From assembly GCA_043228905.1 (NCBI GenBank), contig JBHGNT010000009.1:12772001-12836000 (forward strand): a DNA stretch of 64,000 bases, read 5' to 3'. Shown piece by piece: positions 25,964 through 38,474 of this stretch. A program made the position numbers and the translations under genes. The stretch is from Azolla caroliniana (lineage: Eukaryota; Plantae; Polypodiophyta). Numbering within the stretch: position 1 is the first letter of the stretch; each line of letters opens with the position of its first letter. The notes under the pieces are model-generated. The model was not told the origin of the DNA. It did not search any database and saw only the letters and a list, made by a program, of their open reading frames with translations.

Positions 25964-27542
25964 TCCTAGCTGGTCGAACAGCTCCTCGGCCTCTTCGGCG
26001 TCCAACTCCCCGCGATCAGCCACGATCTTCCCGACGCACCCGTACCGGCATATCACGTCCTCAATCAGGAACCGACATACGGCCGAGGTCGTTTTGTTCT
26101 GAAGGGCCCAGCCTTCTACCTGGTTCATCAGATCTTCCCGAGCCAGGACCAGATACCGCATCTATCCTACTCCCATCGGCATCGTCACCAGGTCTACCAT
26201 CCATTTGAAGTGGATGGTCGGAGGGTACGTAGGGTGAAGCTCGTCCCGATGTCGGACTACGGAGTGCATCTGACAGCTCTCGCAAGTCGTCACGAACCGA
26301 TGCACATCCCGGTACAGTCCCGGCCACCAGTACTTCCCCTTTATCTTCTCGAACGTGGCCCACGTTCCACGGTGTCCAGCCCAAGGGTTGTCGTGGTAGG
26401 CCGTCAACAGCTCCTCCTGTTCTTCCTTCATCGCCACCACCCGGAGCGGGACGCCGTTCCTCTTCTTCGGGTGCTTCCATAAGTATCCGTCCCGGAGAAA
26501 GAATCGGTAAGCTTTCTTCTGGATCCGGTTGGCCTCGTCCTTCGTCCATGACGCATCCGGCGTCATTGTCCTCAAAAATCCACCGATCTGTAGCCACTCG
26601 CCGTCGTACTTGCTCTCGTCGAAGCCGTTAAGTGCCGGAGTGCTCGCCCCGTCGGTCGTCACGTACGCCGCCTCGAAGAAGTCCACGCCGACTTCTTCGT
26701 CCTCCGAAACCATGCCGCCCTCGTCATCAAACCTCGCCCTCGAAAGCATGTCGGCCATGGCGTTGTCTTTTCCGGAAATGTGTCGTATTTCCGGGTCCAG
26801 GGACTTGATGTACGCTATCCACCTAAGCATCGCCAGGTCCGGTGTCGCGCATCCGGAAACCATGCCGAGAATCGGCAGGCAATCCATCTCGATAACCACT
26901 TCTGTCCCGATCAGGTAGTCTTTGTCAGCCTTTACTACCGAAACGATACCCCAGAGTTCGCGTTTAACCTGGGCGTACCCTCGCTGTCGTTCACTAAGGA
27001 CCTTCGCGCCGAATCGGATCGGGAACCGAATGCCGTTCTTGTCCTCTTGGTTGACGACCCATCCGATCCTGGTCGGACTCGTATCCACTGTTATGTATAC
27101 CGGGGTACCCTTCCCGTAGACAGCCTTCCGGAGCGCCGGTGCTGCCGCAAGAGCTTCCTTCAGCTTCCGGACCGACTCCGTGTGCTCGTCTTGCCACTCG
27201 AATTTTCGCCCTTTCTTCAGCAACCCGTATAGCGGCTCCAAAACGTGGGCGTAATGCGGGATCCATATGTGGTAGAATGCGCATGCCCCCAGGAACCTCC
27301 GAACTTCCGTAACCGAGCTACAGTCGATCTTCATCGCGGAGATGGCTTCTACCTTTGCCGGAGACGGCTTCCGGCCATATGGTCCACATAGGTGTCCGAC
27401 CACCAGGATTTCCGATTGCCCGAAGGCCGATTTCTCCCCGGAGAAGGTGAGCCTTGCATCCTCTAGCCTTTGTAGCACCTTCTCGCAGTCGTCGATGTGT
27501 GTTGCTACAAATCGCCGGCATCCGTCCGGTCCGAGTGTTGCG

Positions 27543-28166
27543 TGTTGGGAGACAGGTCCCTCCGGATGGGAAGGGAGAAGAACAGTGCCGACGAATCGGT
27601 ATGAACCGGATAGGGAGTACCCGACTGCGGAGAGCCGGATGGTGTAGGCCCGGTATGAACCGGATGGGGAGTACCCGACTGCGGAGAACCGGATGGTGCA
27701 GGCCCGGTATGAACCGGAGGCTGCCCATCGAGGCTACATTTGTAATAGCCGAAAAGTCATATTAGTATAAATATGACTTAGGGAAAACCTTTTTTTGTGT
27801 GTGGTTGTTTTTGTTGTTGTAATTCTTCCTTGTTGGTGCAAGAAGAATAGAGAGCGCGTAACTGTACAGAGAGAGAGAGAGAGAGAGAGATGAGGTCGTT
27901 GCCTCTGTTGTAACCGCCACCTTTGGCGAAGATCTGTGAGCACGAGGTCGTTGCCTCAGTGAACTCACTGTTGTATATTTCTACATAGTGACAGTTTGCA
28001 GCCTGTGGGTTGCCGTGGTTTTTCCCCTATTTTGGGGCTTTCCACGTAAACCTCCTGTGTACCATTTCTCCCCTTTGTGTCGCGTTTCATTACCTGTTTT
28101 TCTGTGTATGAAAAGAATCTCGGTTGTGGCCGAGCGTCGGACATAAGGAACGTCGAATTTTCAACA
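27543..28166 (+). repeat. Solo LTR of a Copia B-related subfamily
   Basis: Similar to 2162-2767 including the 54-bp repeats; TG..CA ends; perfect TSD TTGCG. Confidence 0.93.
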
Positions 28167-29351
28167 TTGCGTCCCTCTCTTCTACCGGGCACCCCTTGAT
28201 CGGAATGTCGTCTAGAAATGGCATGGTGATGTCCAGGATGCAATCCCTCAGTACCTTGTTCATTGCATTCACCATGTGGGCCACCGAGTTGGTCCCTCCT
28301 TGTGGCAGGGTACACATTCACACTAGGCCGAGGGGAGTTCGCATCGTCGTAATGTCTCTGCTCTCCACAGCTAGCTGGAACTGGTCGTACCCCGAGTATA
28401 GATCACCGACCGAGTAAATCGACCTTCCGGCGAAGGCCTCCGCGAACTCGTCTATGGTCGGTCCGATTCCTGCGTTCCGAATGGTCACTCTGTTGACCGG
28501 CTGCAGGTCCTGAATGAAGCGCAATGTTCCGTTTTTCTTTGGTACGGTAAACCATCGGTTCGAGTATGGCGCGCTCGACGGTTCGAGAATACCCATATCT
28601 ACTTTCTGCCTCAATAGCTCCATCAACTCTGGGATGTGAGCTCTTGGTACCGGAATCGGCTTGAGATTCCACGGCACATGCGGTACCGTGAATATCACCA
28701 TCGGCTCCACGATTGTCGGGTCTATGCACCCGATCTCTTCCGGCGAGAATGCGAAGGCTTTCCCGTGCCTTCCGAGCATTCTCCGAAACCGGTCTTCCTC
28801 CGCCGGCAGTAGGAACCCGCCGCCACCGATTTTGAGCTCCCGGAGCGTCCCGTCGGTGAAGGTGTGTCCTATGCAGGCCGGATCTCGTAAACTGGGATCC
28901 GATGCAACCCCTCTGATTCGGGACTCGCTGCCCTCCGGTAAGGGTGCCGCGACTGGCCTTACCTTCCGGTCCACAGTCTTGTACTTCATGCTAACCCGGG
29001 CTGTCCGATCCGACCGGAGCCCCTGACTGAAGTCCGCGATGACTCTGTACATCTCTTCGGAACATACCGGTATCGTCCGGTCTTCGTTAAGGTCTTCTCC
29101 GGCTACCTTCCTCAGCATCCCCAAGGTGTCGTCGAAGGAGACCGCCTCCACGGCCCCGCTGATTCCCTCGTCCGGGCCGAGAACTCCGCACGCTCGAAGT
29201 CGCTCCTCCGCCCTTGCCCTTTCTCGGCCAACGATGCCGGCTATCATACACCCTCCGTGGTTGGAGAAGCAAAACTTCCTACCTATCGTACAGTCGTGGG
29301 GTCTTTTCCGAGTGTCCGGGCTGTCTCGGCCCCACGCCTTGGCAGCCCCCT

Positions 29352-31449
29352 CTAAAAATCCTCCCGGTTCTCGCCACCGAGGGATTTGCGGTTTCTCTCG
29401 TGGTTCGGCCGCACCATCAGAAATTGGACCGAATGGCGCCCGTCCTGGCTTTTGACCCTCGCGTAGGCCGACCCGTTGTCCAGCACTTTGGTCTCCATCC
29501 GCGCCGCCGTGATGTATGGTTCACCTAATATGACCGGGTGCGAGGACGTCTCCTGTACGAAGAATTGCTGGTCAATCTCGACGTCGCCGATCTTGACTCG
29601 CACGTTCGGGCAGGCCCCATGCAGTTCCTCGGTGGCGCGCGTCGCCGCCCGTATCTTCCACCCGTGCTTGGTGTTGATCGGCCACTTCCCCTTCTTATAG
29701 AAGTCCATGGACATTAGGTTTATTTCCGAACCGTGGTCCACCAACGCCACCACCGGTTCCTGAACATCTCCGATCTTTACCGGGGTCTCCGTGGTCGCTC
29801 GGGCCCAGTGTGGCCTCGAATAGTGGCTCTCCGCCCACTCATCTGCCAGCGCCGAGTCGTCGATGTGCATCGTCCGCACCTCTACTGGTCTTTCCGGTTC
29901 CGTCTCCGTCGACAGCCTCTTCCGTTTCACCAAGTCTACAATGGAGTCGTGGAACTCCTTCTTGGCGATCCCTAGCACCTCCCGCAATGACAACTCCACT
30001 TTGCTGTCGAGGATCTGTTCTTCTAGGACCTTTCGTAGGTCCGTAGTCCTTTCTATTTCCGTCCCCAATCGGTATCCGCCCTTCCTGGGGTTATCTTGCG
30101 AGCCGGACCCATCGGCATCGTTCCGTCGCTGCCCGAATCGGGTCTCGTATCGTTGTGAGGGCCCGGCCGCTCCGGCTTTCCCCACTCGCTTGTCTTCTAC
30201 CAGAGCCTCGTAGTTCCGGCAGGCGGCTTCTACGAAGCCCGTCTTCTCCTCGACCGGATCGCTCCACCCGTTTATTTCCCAGACCCGTCTCTCAGCGCGG
30301 TCCGTTTCATCTTCCCTTAGCCGTGCGCCGGCAAGACCTTCCAACATTGCCGCCCAGAATCCGTCTTTGCCCTCCTTTCGGGCCTCGTTGCCCCTGACCC
30401 GAATGCCGGCCGACGCCGAGTAGTGGATGGCCTCCACGTGTCGGGCCGCTGCCTCTTCCATTAGTCTCTTCATCCCTCCTCGCCCGTCGTTTTGGTTCAG
30501 GGCCCTCCTGGTGTCGCCGGCCTGCACCCGGCCTTCCCACAGGTACATCACCCGGTTCCTCAACGCTTCTGCGAAATCACCGCAGTCCTTCCGGATGTGG
30601 CCGACCTCGTCGCACCACATGCACCTGTTCCCTGCTGTCGGCCGTCTGTCACGAGCCGGTTCGCCGCCTTCCCTTCGAGTCTAGGCGATCTGGAGATCCT
30701 TTATCGCCCGCGTCAACTCCTCCAGCGCTTCTCCTCCGGACGAGGGTTTCGAGCCATTCCCGGGTTTCTTCCCTTCGCACTTGCGGTGCCGGTTCAAGCC
30801 TCCTTGCTGTGACAGAGCCCGCACCGGCCGCCCCGTTGTCAGCCCATTCTCGCCGTTTGTCGAAATGGCCACAGACTCTCTTAACCGCAGCCCAGTCGGT
30901 TGTCAGCCCGTCCTCGGTTTCCAGCAAGGAGCCGACTTGGTCCCGGTCCCTCTCGTCCACCGACTTGACGAACAGTAGGACCCGGCTCGTATCCAGAACG
31001 GTTCGGTCAAGCGCCGAAAGGCGCGCAAAGCGTTCTTCGAACTCCCGGAGGAGTGCCGTCGCGTTTCTTCCCTTGCCGGGGAACTCCATCCATTCCATGA
31101 AGTCCCGTTTCGAAAGCCGGAGCGCGTCGTCCAGCCCGTATTTTTCTAGGAGTCGGCCTTCGAACTCCTCCCAGGTACGGCTCTCCGCACGCTCCTCGAG
31201 CACCTCTGCATGGATGCTCGGCATCGCCACTCGAGGGAACCCGGCAAGATGCCTCTCTTCCGAAATGTCCCGCATCAGCATTTCTGCCCCGTAGGACGCC
31301 AAATACTTCGTGGCATCCTTTCCGCTGAACCGGCCAATCGTACCGACGACCGCCTCAATGGCTCTGTCGAGGGCGCCGGTGCCCTCCCGTGGACTCAATA
31401 TCCGATCCACGGCCGAAGCTATGGCCTCTGCAAGATCCAACCCTTTCAT
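29352..31449 (-). pseudogene. Gypsy D gag-protease (frameshift/stop near 30650-30760)
   Basis: CMWCDEVGHIRKDC Zn knuckle; ALVDHGSEINLM; ends ENREDF*. Confidence 0.85.
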
Positions 31450-31471
31450 CTTCTACTCTTCTGCCGCCTCC

Positions 31472-31489
31472 TTCACGTCGGGTTCACCA
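31472..31489 (-). promoter_or_regulatory. Primer binding site, tRNA-Trp (18/18)
   Basis: Plus strand TTCACGTCGGGTTCACCA. Confidence 0.85.
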
Positions 31490-31493
31490 AAGA

Positions 31494-32133
31494 TGTCGAG
31501 CTATTCCTCGCGGATGCGTGGAATGAGGCGAAACCTCGGGGGTCCTGTACCAAAGAGCAAGAGAGGAAGGAGAAGAGACCCTCTACATGCGAGCGTAGAT
31601 CCACAGGGACACGGCCCTTCGACGCAAAGACGCAAGTGGGACAGCGACACAGAAAGACACGAATGTATGTATGTATTAACAAAGACAAACAACAAGAACA
31701 CGAAGACAACAAAACACGAAGTCGGTTACAACCGAACAGGCCGGCGAACAGATGCCGATACCTGCTCGTAACCGCACAGAGAGGAAGGAGTAGGTTGGAG
31801 GTGCTGCCGAAGCACTCGGGCATTCCTCAGAGCAGCGCGAGCCTCCCGAAACCTGCACAGAAGGAAGCTATGGCGTTTGCAAACCAGAGAGAGAGAGAGA
31901 GAAGCCTTCGCACGCAAACCGACAGCACTTCGTCCTCGACTGTCCACGATCCCTTCGCCCCTCCTCGTCTCCCTCCTTTTATAGGCAAGGAAGGAGCCGT
32001 TTCCCCCCTTTACTTCCTACCTACCTAACCTACCTAGGATCTCCTATGTACAACATAAGGCGCACGTGCATGAAGAGTCGGTTCCCACGCTCCGGTGCAC
32101 TGATTCCGCTTGTGGACGGTTTTCTTCACGACA
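31494..32133 (-). repeat. 5' LTR of Gypsy D
   Basis: TGTCGAG...CTTCACGACA, same terminus as the C LTR, adjacent to the PBS. Confidence 0.85.
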
Positions 32134-32499
32134 ACGTGGATAAGTGTGAGAGTTAAACGAGAGTGTAAAGAAGGGGAGGATTACTTTTAATCCTCGAGAT
32201 TGAGACAACCCATTGGGCCAAGTGTGAACATGGCCGGGGGCCTTGGGTATCGCTATAAATAAGAGGCATAGCTACCCTCCTTTCATCATCTTGTTGACTA
32301 CGTCGAGACTCTTTCTTGTGGTGGGTCAACTCTTGTAGCGAGCACGCCAACACTAGGTACGACTGCACGCTATGGCGGTGGTATGGGATGCTGATCGAGG
32401 CTCGAGTCCGTATCGATCCCTCCGCTCAGGGGTGGTCGGGTGGATCGGCACCCTTCTTTCTCTCTCTCCTTATCTCATGCTTACATTAGTCTATGTCTC

Positions 32500-32663
32500 T
32501 AATACAGAGACTCTCCTTCAACGGACAAGGAGAGAGAGCTTTATGGAAAGATGCCGTACGCATCGGTCGTAGGAAGTATCATGTATGCAATGGTGGTGAC
32601 GCGATCCAATGGAAGCATTGGGAGGCCGTCAAGCACATCTTTTAGGGGGGTGGGGTGGTTTGT
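32500..32663 (+). pseudogene. Deleted Copia RT/RH remnant ending in a PPT; host of Copia F, continues at 47076
   Basis: ASVVGSIMYAMVVTR...KHWEAVKHIF followed by a G-run and TGT. Confidence 0.6.
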
Positions 32664-32678
32664 TGTGAAAGTTAGCAT

Positions 32679-33473
32679 TGTACTCTTCTAAGAATCTCGG
32701 GACATCGTCCCCGTTGAACCGGCCAACTCGATCGACCACACTCTCGATGGCTTGTTGAGCCGCATCTTGCCTGCCTCACCTTCTTCCGTCTAGCATCCAT
32801 CACAATCTTTGCCATCATCTCCGCGAAGTCGAAGTCTTCGTCTTCCATCTCCTTCCTCCCTTGCCGCCTATTCACATCGGGTTCACCAGAGATGTCGCGG
32901 TATTCCGTGAGTACGTGTAAGATCTTAGGCGGGACCACGAGGGTCTTGGACTAGGGAGTAGAGGGGGAATGGAAACTTAGTTCAAGAGGGGAGGAGAAAG
33001 AATAGGACATAAACATAGAATGGATGGAGGCAAGATACACAAATGAGTTATATTAAGAAACACTAAACGCTTTACAACCATGGCCGCATAGGCCGAACGA
33101 AAACACTATATGGAACCCTAACCGGATAAGTAAAGTAAAGAAGATGATGAAAAAGAAACCCTAAGCGAAAACCTAACCCGAAATGATATGAAGAAGAAGA
33201 AGAACAGTAAAACCCTAGACAAAACCCTAAAACCGAAATAGAAACCCTCGACCTAAGTGGTATACCTCTCTCACTCAAAATAGGCAACCCCTCACAAGAG
33301 ACCCCTCCCTCCCTTTTATAGCCCAAGGAGGGAGGGACGTTATAATGTGGGATAAATTCTCCCCCTTATTTATTGTATACACCATTTTCCTACTATACAT
33401 GTGCACATGTTGCACATTGCCGACTTGCCTATTCCATCCCGGTTTCACACCAAAGCCGGAAATCTTCACGACA
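32679..33473 (-). mobile_element. Gypsy fragment E (C/D family): LTR 32893-33473, tRNA-Trp PBS 32871-32888 and ~190 bp of gag
   Basis: LTR ends TGTCGCGG / CTTCACGACA; PBS TTCACATCGGGTTCACCA; gag start similar to C and D. Confidence 0.8.
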
Positions 33474-33565
33474 ACGTATGGAAGCGTCAGACAAACCAGC
33501 TCAGCGGGATAGCAGCAGAAAATGAGAAAAGGTTTAATGGAGAACACAACACAGAGAATACGCGT

Positions 33566-33605
<40 letters not shown>

Positions 33606-36600
33606 AGAACATAAACTGAATTCAAAATATCACTCTGAAACTCTGTACATACAACATGCTAAACAACACTATTTATAAAAGTCCTCAAAAGGACTGACAA
33701 AAATACTATGTACTTCAATGCTCATACGAGCCACTGACACTAACTACAAGACAATGATTACCTACTAGTCTAGGCTACTACTAGGCTTTCGGTTCACTCT
33801 CTGATCCGTCTCCCCGATTTAGCCGGTTGTTTCCGGATACCATCCGGATACCAATCCGGCTCATCCTCCCGGATGCCAATCTGGATCTGGTTGAGCTCGC
33901 TCGCTCAACACTCCCCCTCAAGCTGAACTTGAGGTCGGATCGTGGTGTTAGTGTTTGTGGCAGCCGGTCCTTCTAGCGTCATTCCACCTTGCTCGCGCTC
34001 CTTGTCCGGTTCGCTTCCACTCCGGTACTGCGCACCTCGACCTCCTTGGTCGGCTTGTCTGCTCAACAGGCCCATTTCAGTTACTTCGTTGTTATAACTC
34101 CGGCGCTTGTCGATCCCTCGATTCCTCCATGTCGGTGTAGACTTCTGTTGCCTTCTCGTCCAGTTGGCCTTTAGTTGATCCAACTTCTTCGAATCTTGAA
34201 CCGAATCGGTTTCCTCCGATTCGTTCTTGTTCTTGTCCGAATCGGTCGCTCCCGATTCGTTCCGGCTCTTGTCCGAGTCGGTGTTCTCCAACTCGTCCCC
34301 CGGTTTGAGGCCCTTCACCACATCAGACCATGTCCGGGTGTTGGCCTTCTTCCGGTCGGCTATGTCCTTCTTGACTTTGCCACCACTGCTGCTTGCTCCG
34401 ACTTGTTTGGATGTGCCGACTCCTTCGATTGACTCGGCTTCCTTTTTCTTCCATTCATTCCCGTTTCTGTTGCAACTTGAATACCGAGATGCTGAATACC
34501 GAGCATCTCTGAAAAATGTTGCAACTTGTCCGATCTTAGCGGCTTGGTGAAGATGTCGGCAACCTGCCGATCCGTGTGAACATATTGAAGTTCAACTTTA
34601 CTGCTCAGGACCCGCTCACGAACAAAGTGATAATGCACTTCTATGTGCTTTGTCTGAGCATGGAATACAGGGTTCTTGGTGAGCTGAATGCTGCTCATGT
34701 TGTCACAATAGATCAGGACCGGGGTCAGTACCTTGATTCGGAGGTCATGCAGCAGTCGCCGAAGCCAGGTACCAGGACATTACCAATGCCATCGGGGGTT
34801 CGGATCAACTTGATCCCAAGAAAAAAATGAAGGTCCCCCAGGTCCTTCATTTCAAATGCGTCCGACAGCTGGGACTTCACTCGACTGATTTCAACCAGTC
34901 TAGGTTGGGTGATGACTAAATCATCTACATGAAGCAAAATGCAAACCGGACCGTTCAGACCATTCCGGATGAACAATGAAGACTCGGACTTGGAGGCCGC
35001 AAACCCCATCTTACGCAACCGGTGCGTGATCTTCGGATTCCAAGCTCGGGGGGCTTGCTTCAGACCGTAAAGCAACTTCTGGAGTCGGCACACTGCTGAC
35101 TTGTTCATCTCTGATTGGAATCCGGGGGGTTGGATCATATAGACCCATTCTTCAAGATCACCTTGAAGAAATGCATTCTTCACGTCGATTTGGTGAAGAT
35201 GCCATCCCCTTGGCGCAGCAACCGCCAGTACCACACAAACCGTCGTCATCTTCGCTACCGGAGCGAAGGTCTCGTCGTTGTCGATTCCGTGGGTCTGTGC
35301 GTATCCCTTCGCCACTAACCGGGCCTTGTACCGATTAGCCAAACTGTCGGCATTGTACTTTACCTTATACACCCACTTACATCAGATCGGTTTACAATGT
35401 CGGGGAGGGTCAACGAGGTCCCATGTGTTGTTGGCATCGAGTGCCCGCATATCTTCCTCCATAGAGGCACACCAATTTGTGTCCTTTTCCGCTTCTGCGT
35501 AGCTCTCCCGCTCATGCACTTCCGCCACCTTAGTCATGTACGCATAGTGATGCGCCATGTACTCATTGTACCCGTATCTCTTTACGAGATTCTTCTGGCG
35601 GGATGACCGGTGTAACTTGTCGTTACCCGGTTTGGGGCCTTTCTTGGACGGTTCAGACTCCCTTTCTGAAGATCCGCCTTCTTCCTTTCCGGGGTCAGAT
35701 CCGCTCCGATCTGACCCTTCACTGCTGGTATTGTATTCCAGCATCTTCTTCATCCCCTTCTCTTTGCGTGTGAACCGTCTCGTCGGTTCCTTGCGCGGGG
35801 AGAGCACGACAGAGCCCCACTACTCGCTGGTTCCTCATCGGACTGGTCATTCCGACCTAGTCGCTCATTCGGGCCACTTAGACGAAGTGAGATCGGACTC
35901 TCATCTAGAGTACTGAAGTCTTCATCTTCTTCCTAGACCTCCTTGGGCTCACTAGCCTCATCTTCCGGAATCGGGTCTTCATCGGGAGTTGGAGTTGATA
36001 GGGTGTACCATGATGCCGACTCATCAAACTCGACATCTCGACTTACTCGTACCTGTTTAGTCTGGGGGTTATAACACTTATACCCCTTCTGCTCATGCGA
36101 GTAACCGACTAGGATGCATTTCTCCGACTTCGGATCTAGCTTCTTCCGCTTGTCATCCGGTACATGCACATATGCTATGCTGCCGAATATTCGAAGGTGT
36201 CTCAAATTCGGTTTCCGCCCGAAATACAGCTCATGTGCTGACACCTTGTCTCCGATCCGGTTTTGGATGTAGACGGTCATCCAGACCGCCTCAACCTAGT
36301 AGAATTGGGGCATGCTTTTCTCCTCCAGCATTGCCCTTGCCGTGTCTACAATCGACCGGTTCTTCCTTTCGGCCACACTGTTTTGCTCCGGTGTGTATTT
36401 GCAGCTGAATTCTCTCTGAATTCCGTTCGGGTGTAGATAATTGTTGAATTGGCCAGAAAAGTATTATTTTCCACCATCCGACCGTAGACACTTGATCTTC
36501 CTCTCCATTTCCCGTTCAACTAAGCTTTGAAGGTTTCAGAAACATTCGAAGATTTCACTCTTCCTCTTAATGAGGTAGATCCATGTGTGCCGGTTGTAGT

Positions 36601-38474
36601 CGTTGATGAAGGAGATGGAATACCGACTCCTGCCAACACTAACGTTCTGTGCTGGTCCCATACATCCGAATGTATTAGATCGAGCTTGTTACGGCTCCGG
36701 TTTCGTTCGGTGGGGAATGGAAGTCGGTGTTGATTCCCGAGTTGGAAGGCTTCACATATTTGGGCCTTCCGGCCATTGAATTTTGGCTATCCGAACACAA
36801 CTTGTTTCATTTGCAGGTCTTGCAACCTCCGATAGTTGACGTGGCCAATCCGCTTATGCCAGAGATCGATGTCCGATTCAATCTTCTGTCCTTTGGAAAA
36901 CATGGCGATGCCGACATCATTAGTGTTGAGGATGAACATCCTCCCTTCTCTGCGCCCTTGAGCGATTATCTGGCCTTCTTCCTCGATGAAGCACCCGAGG
37001 TGCGTAAACTGCACTTGTATCCCCTAGTCGACGATTTGTCCAACTGACACCAGGTTCATTGTGATAGTCAGAACGTGTAGTACGTTCATCAGCTTCCCCT
37101 TTTGTCTGACATGGCTTAAAGGGACTTCTTCGACATGCACAATCAGGTGAGGGGTGTTGTCTCCGGTTTCGACAATCCCCGATTGTTCACGTTTTTCCAA
37201 AAAGGAGAACCACTCTTCATGGCTCGTCATGTGGTTGGACACTGTGTAATCAACATACCATACTTCCTCCAATTTGGAAGTAGTCTTCTTCATTGAGTTA
37301 GCCTTGTGCTTCATCACAAAGGCTTGCCCTTTACTGGTCTTCCCAGTTCTAGATCCTTCTGATCCTTCTGCGTAGTGCGAGCTTTGCCGGTTTTCCCGAC
37401 CGTCCTTGCCGGATCCGGATTTGTGGGTCGAAGCACGCTACGGTGTACCAGAAAAGTACTGTTTTTGGCCACAAAAATTGTCAGTACTTTCAATACTGTT
37501 AGTACTGAATAATTCAGAAAAAAAATTAGAGAAAAAGAAAATCGATTTTGGAGAGTGGGGTGACTGTAGTACAAGTGTCATTTACTGTAGAAGGAGTGGG
37601 GGGAACACGTGAGGAGATGTTCTTCCATTTTGGGGGCTATTTTCCCCTCACGTCGATTTTGGCGCTTCCCCTAGTTACACAAGTAATACTAAACGTGATA
37701 TGTGTTCTACACACCTAGTTACATAACTTGTACTAATTACACCAACATTATTAATCTTGAACAATATTAGTACTAAACGTGATATGTGTTTGACACACCT
37801 CATTTCCAAATTACAATAACTGTACTATTATTCAGCAATTTACTATACACCTTGTTCCCAAATTACATTACTAGTACTAATTCCCAAGTTACACAAACAA
37901 TACTAATAGTCAACAGTGTACTATAAGTATAGTGTTTACTAAACTAATACTAGGCAAGTTGCAATATAGATTGGACGATGTTGTACTTGGTTCCCTTTTA
38001 GTACTACTAATTCTAGAAAATATCCCTTCAACTATACATACTAATTATATATTAAGAGTACTGCCAATACTAACCCACATAATTAGGGTTCCACATAATA
38101 GTTGTTAGAGATTACACTAAATTTGAAGTATGAATTGTGGCATACACTAGTTCTAGTCCAAATGTTAATTGACATCATATAATACAAACAATAGAATAGT
38201 AGAGCCACATACCGTACGAGTGTACTTTTAAACCCCAAGCATAGTACCACTAAGCCGCAATTGTAGTTTTACAGTCCATACATGTATTCTCTTTCTCAAA
38301 ATGATACTTAGCACATAGCACATGATATGTGTGCAAGCATGGTGTAATCACAACATCCATAGCCTCCAGCTTGAATCCGAGGCCACAAAATATACACCTG
38401 GAAGATTGCAAACACAAGTTATAATATATTAGTTGCTCACTTATTTATACCAAAGAAGTAGAAATAAATAACTT

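Larger units (their letters stand above)
25964..32133 (-). mobile_element. Ty3/Gypsy element D (relative of C), 3'-truncated inside integrase; contains a Copia solo LTR
   Basis: 5' LTR 31494-32133; perfect tRNA-Trp PBS 31472-31489; gag 30649-31449; gag-PR 29352-30620; RT 28167-29361; RH/INT 25964-27542; no 3' LTR. Confidence 0.9.

Noticed and set aside
25663-26208. ORFs spanning the Copia/Gypsy junction (25663-26208 and 25817-26161) as fusion genes
   Set aside because: Accidental read-through across a rearrangement breakpoint; no promoter or conservation evidence
31472-31489. tRNA-Trp gene
   Set aside because: Only the 3' 18 nt including CCA are present, next to an LTR; this is a primer binding site
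31210-32028. 272-aa plus-strand ORF (also 8522-9022 and 49696-50454 on the minus strand) as novel genes
   Set aside because: Antisense shadows over GC-rich gag/LTR sequence with no recognisable motifs or conservation in sibling copies
32134-32500. Possible LTR or promoter (TATAAAT at ~32254)
   Set aside because: No second copy, terminus or TSD in the window to define it; left unannotated
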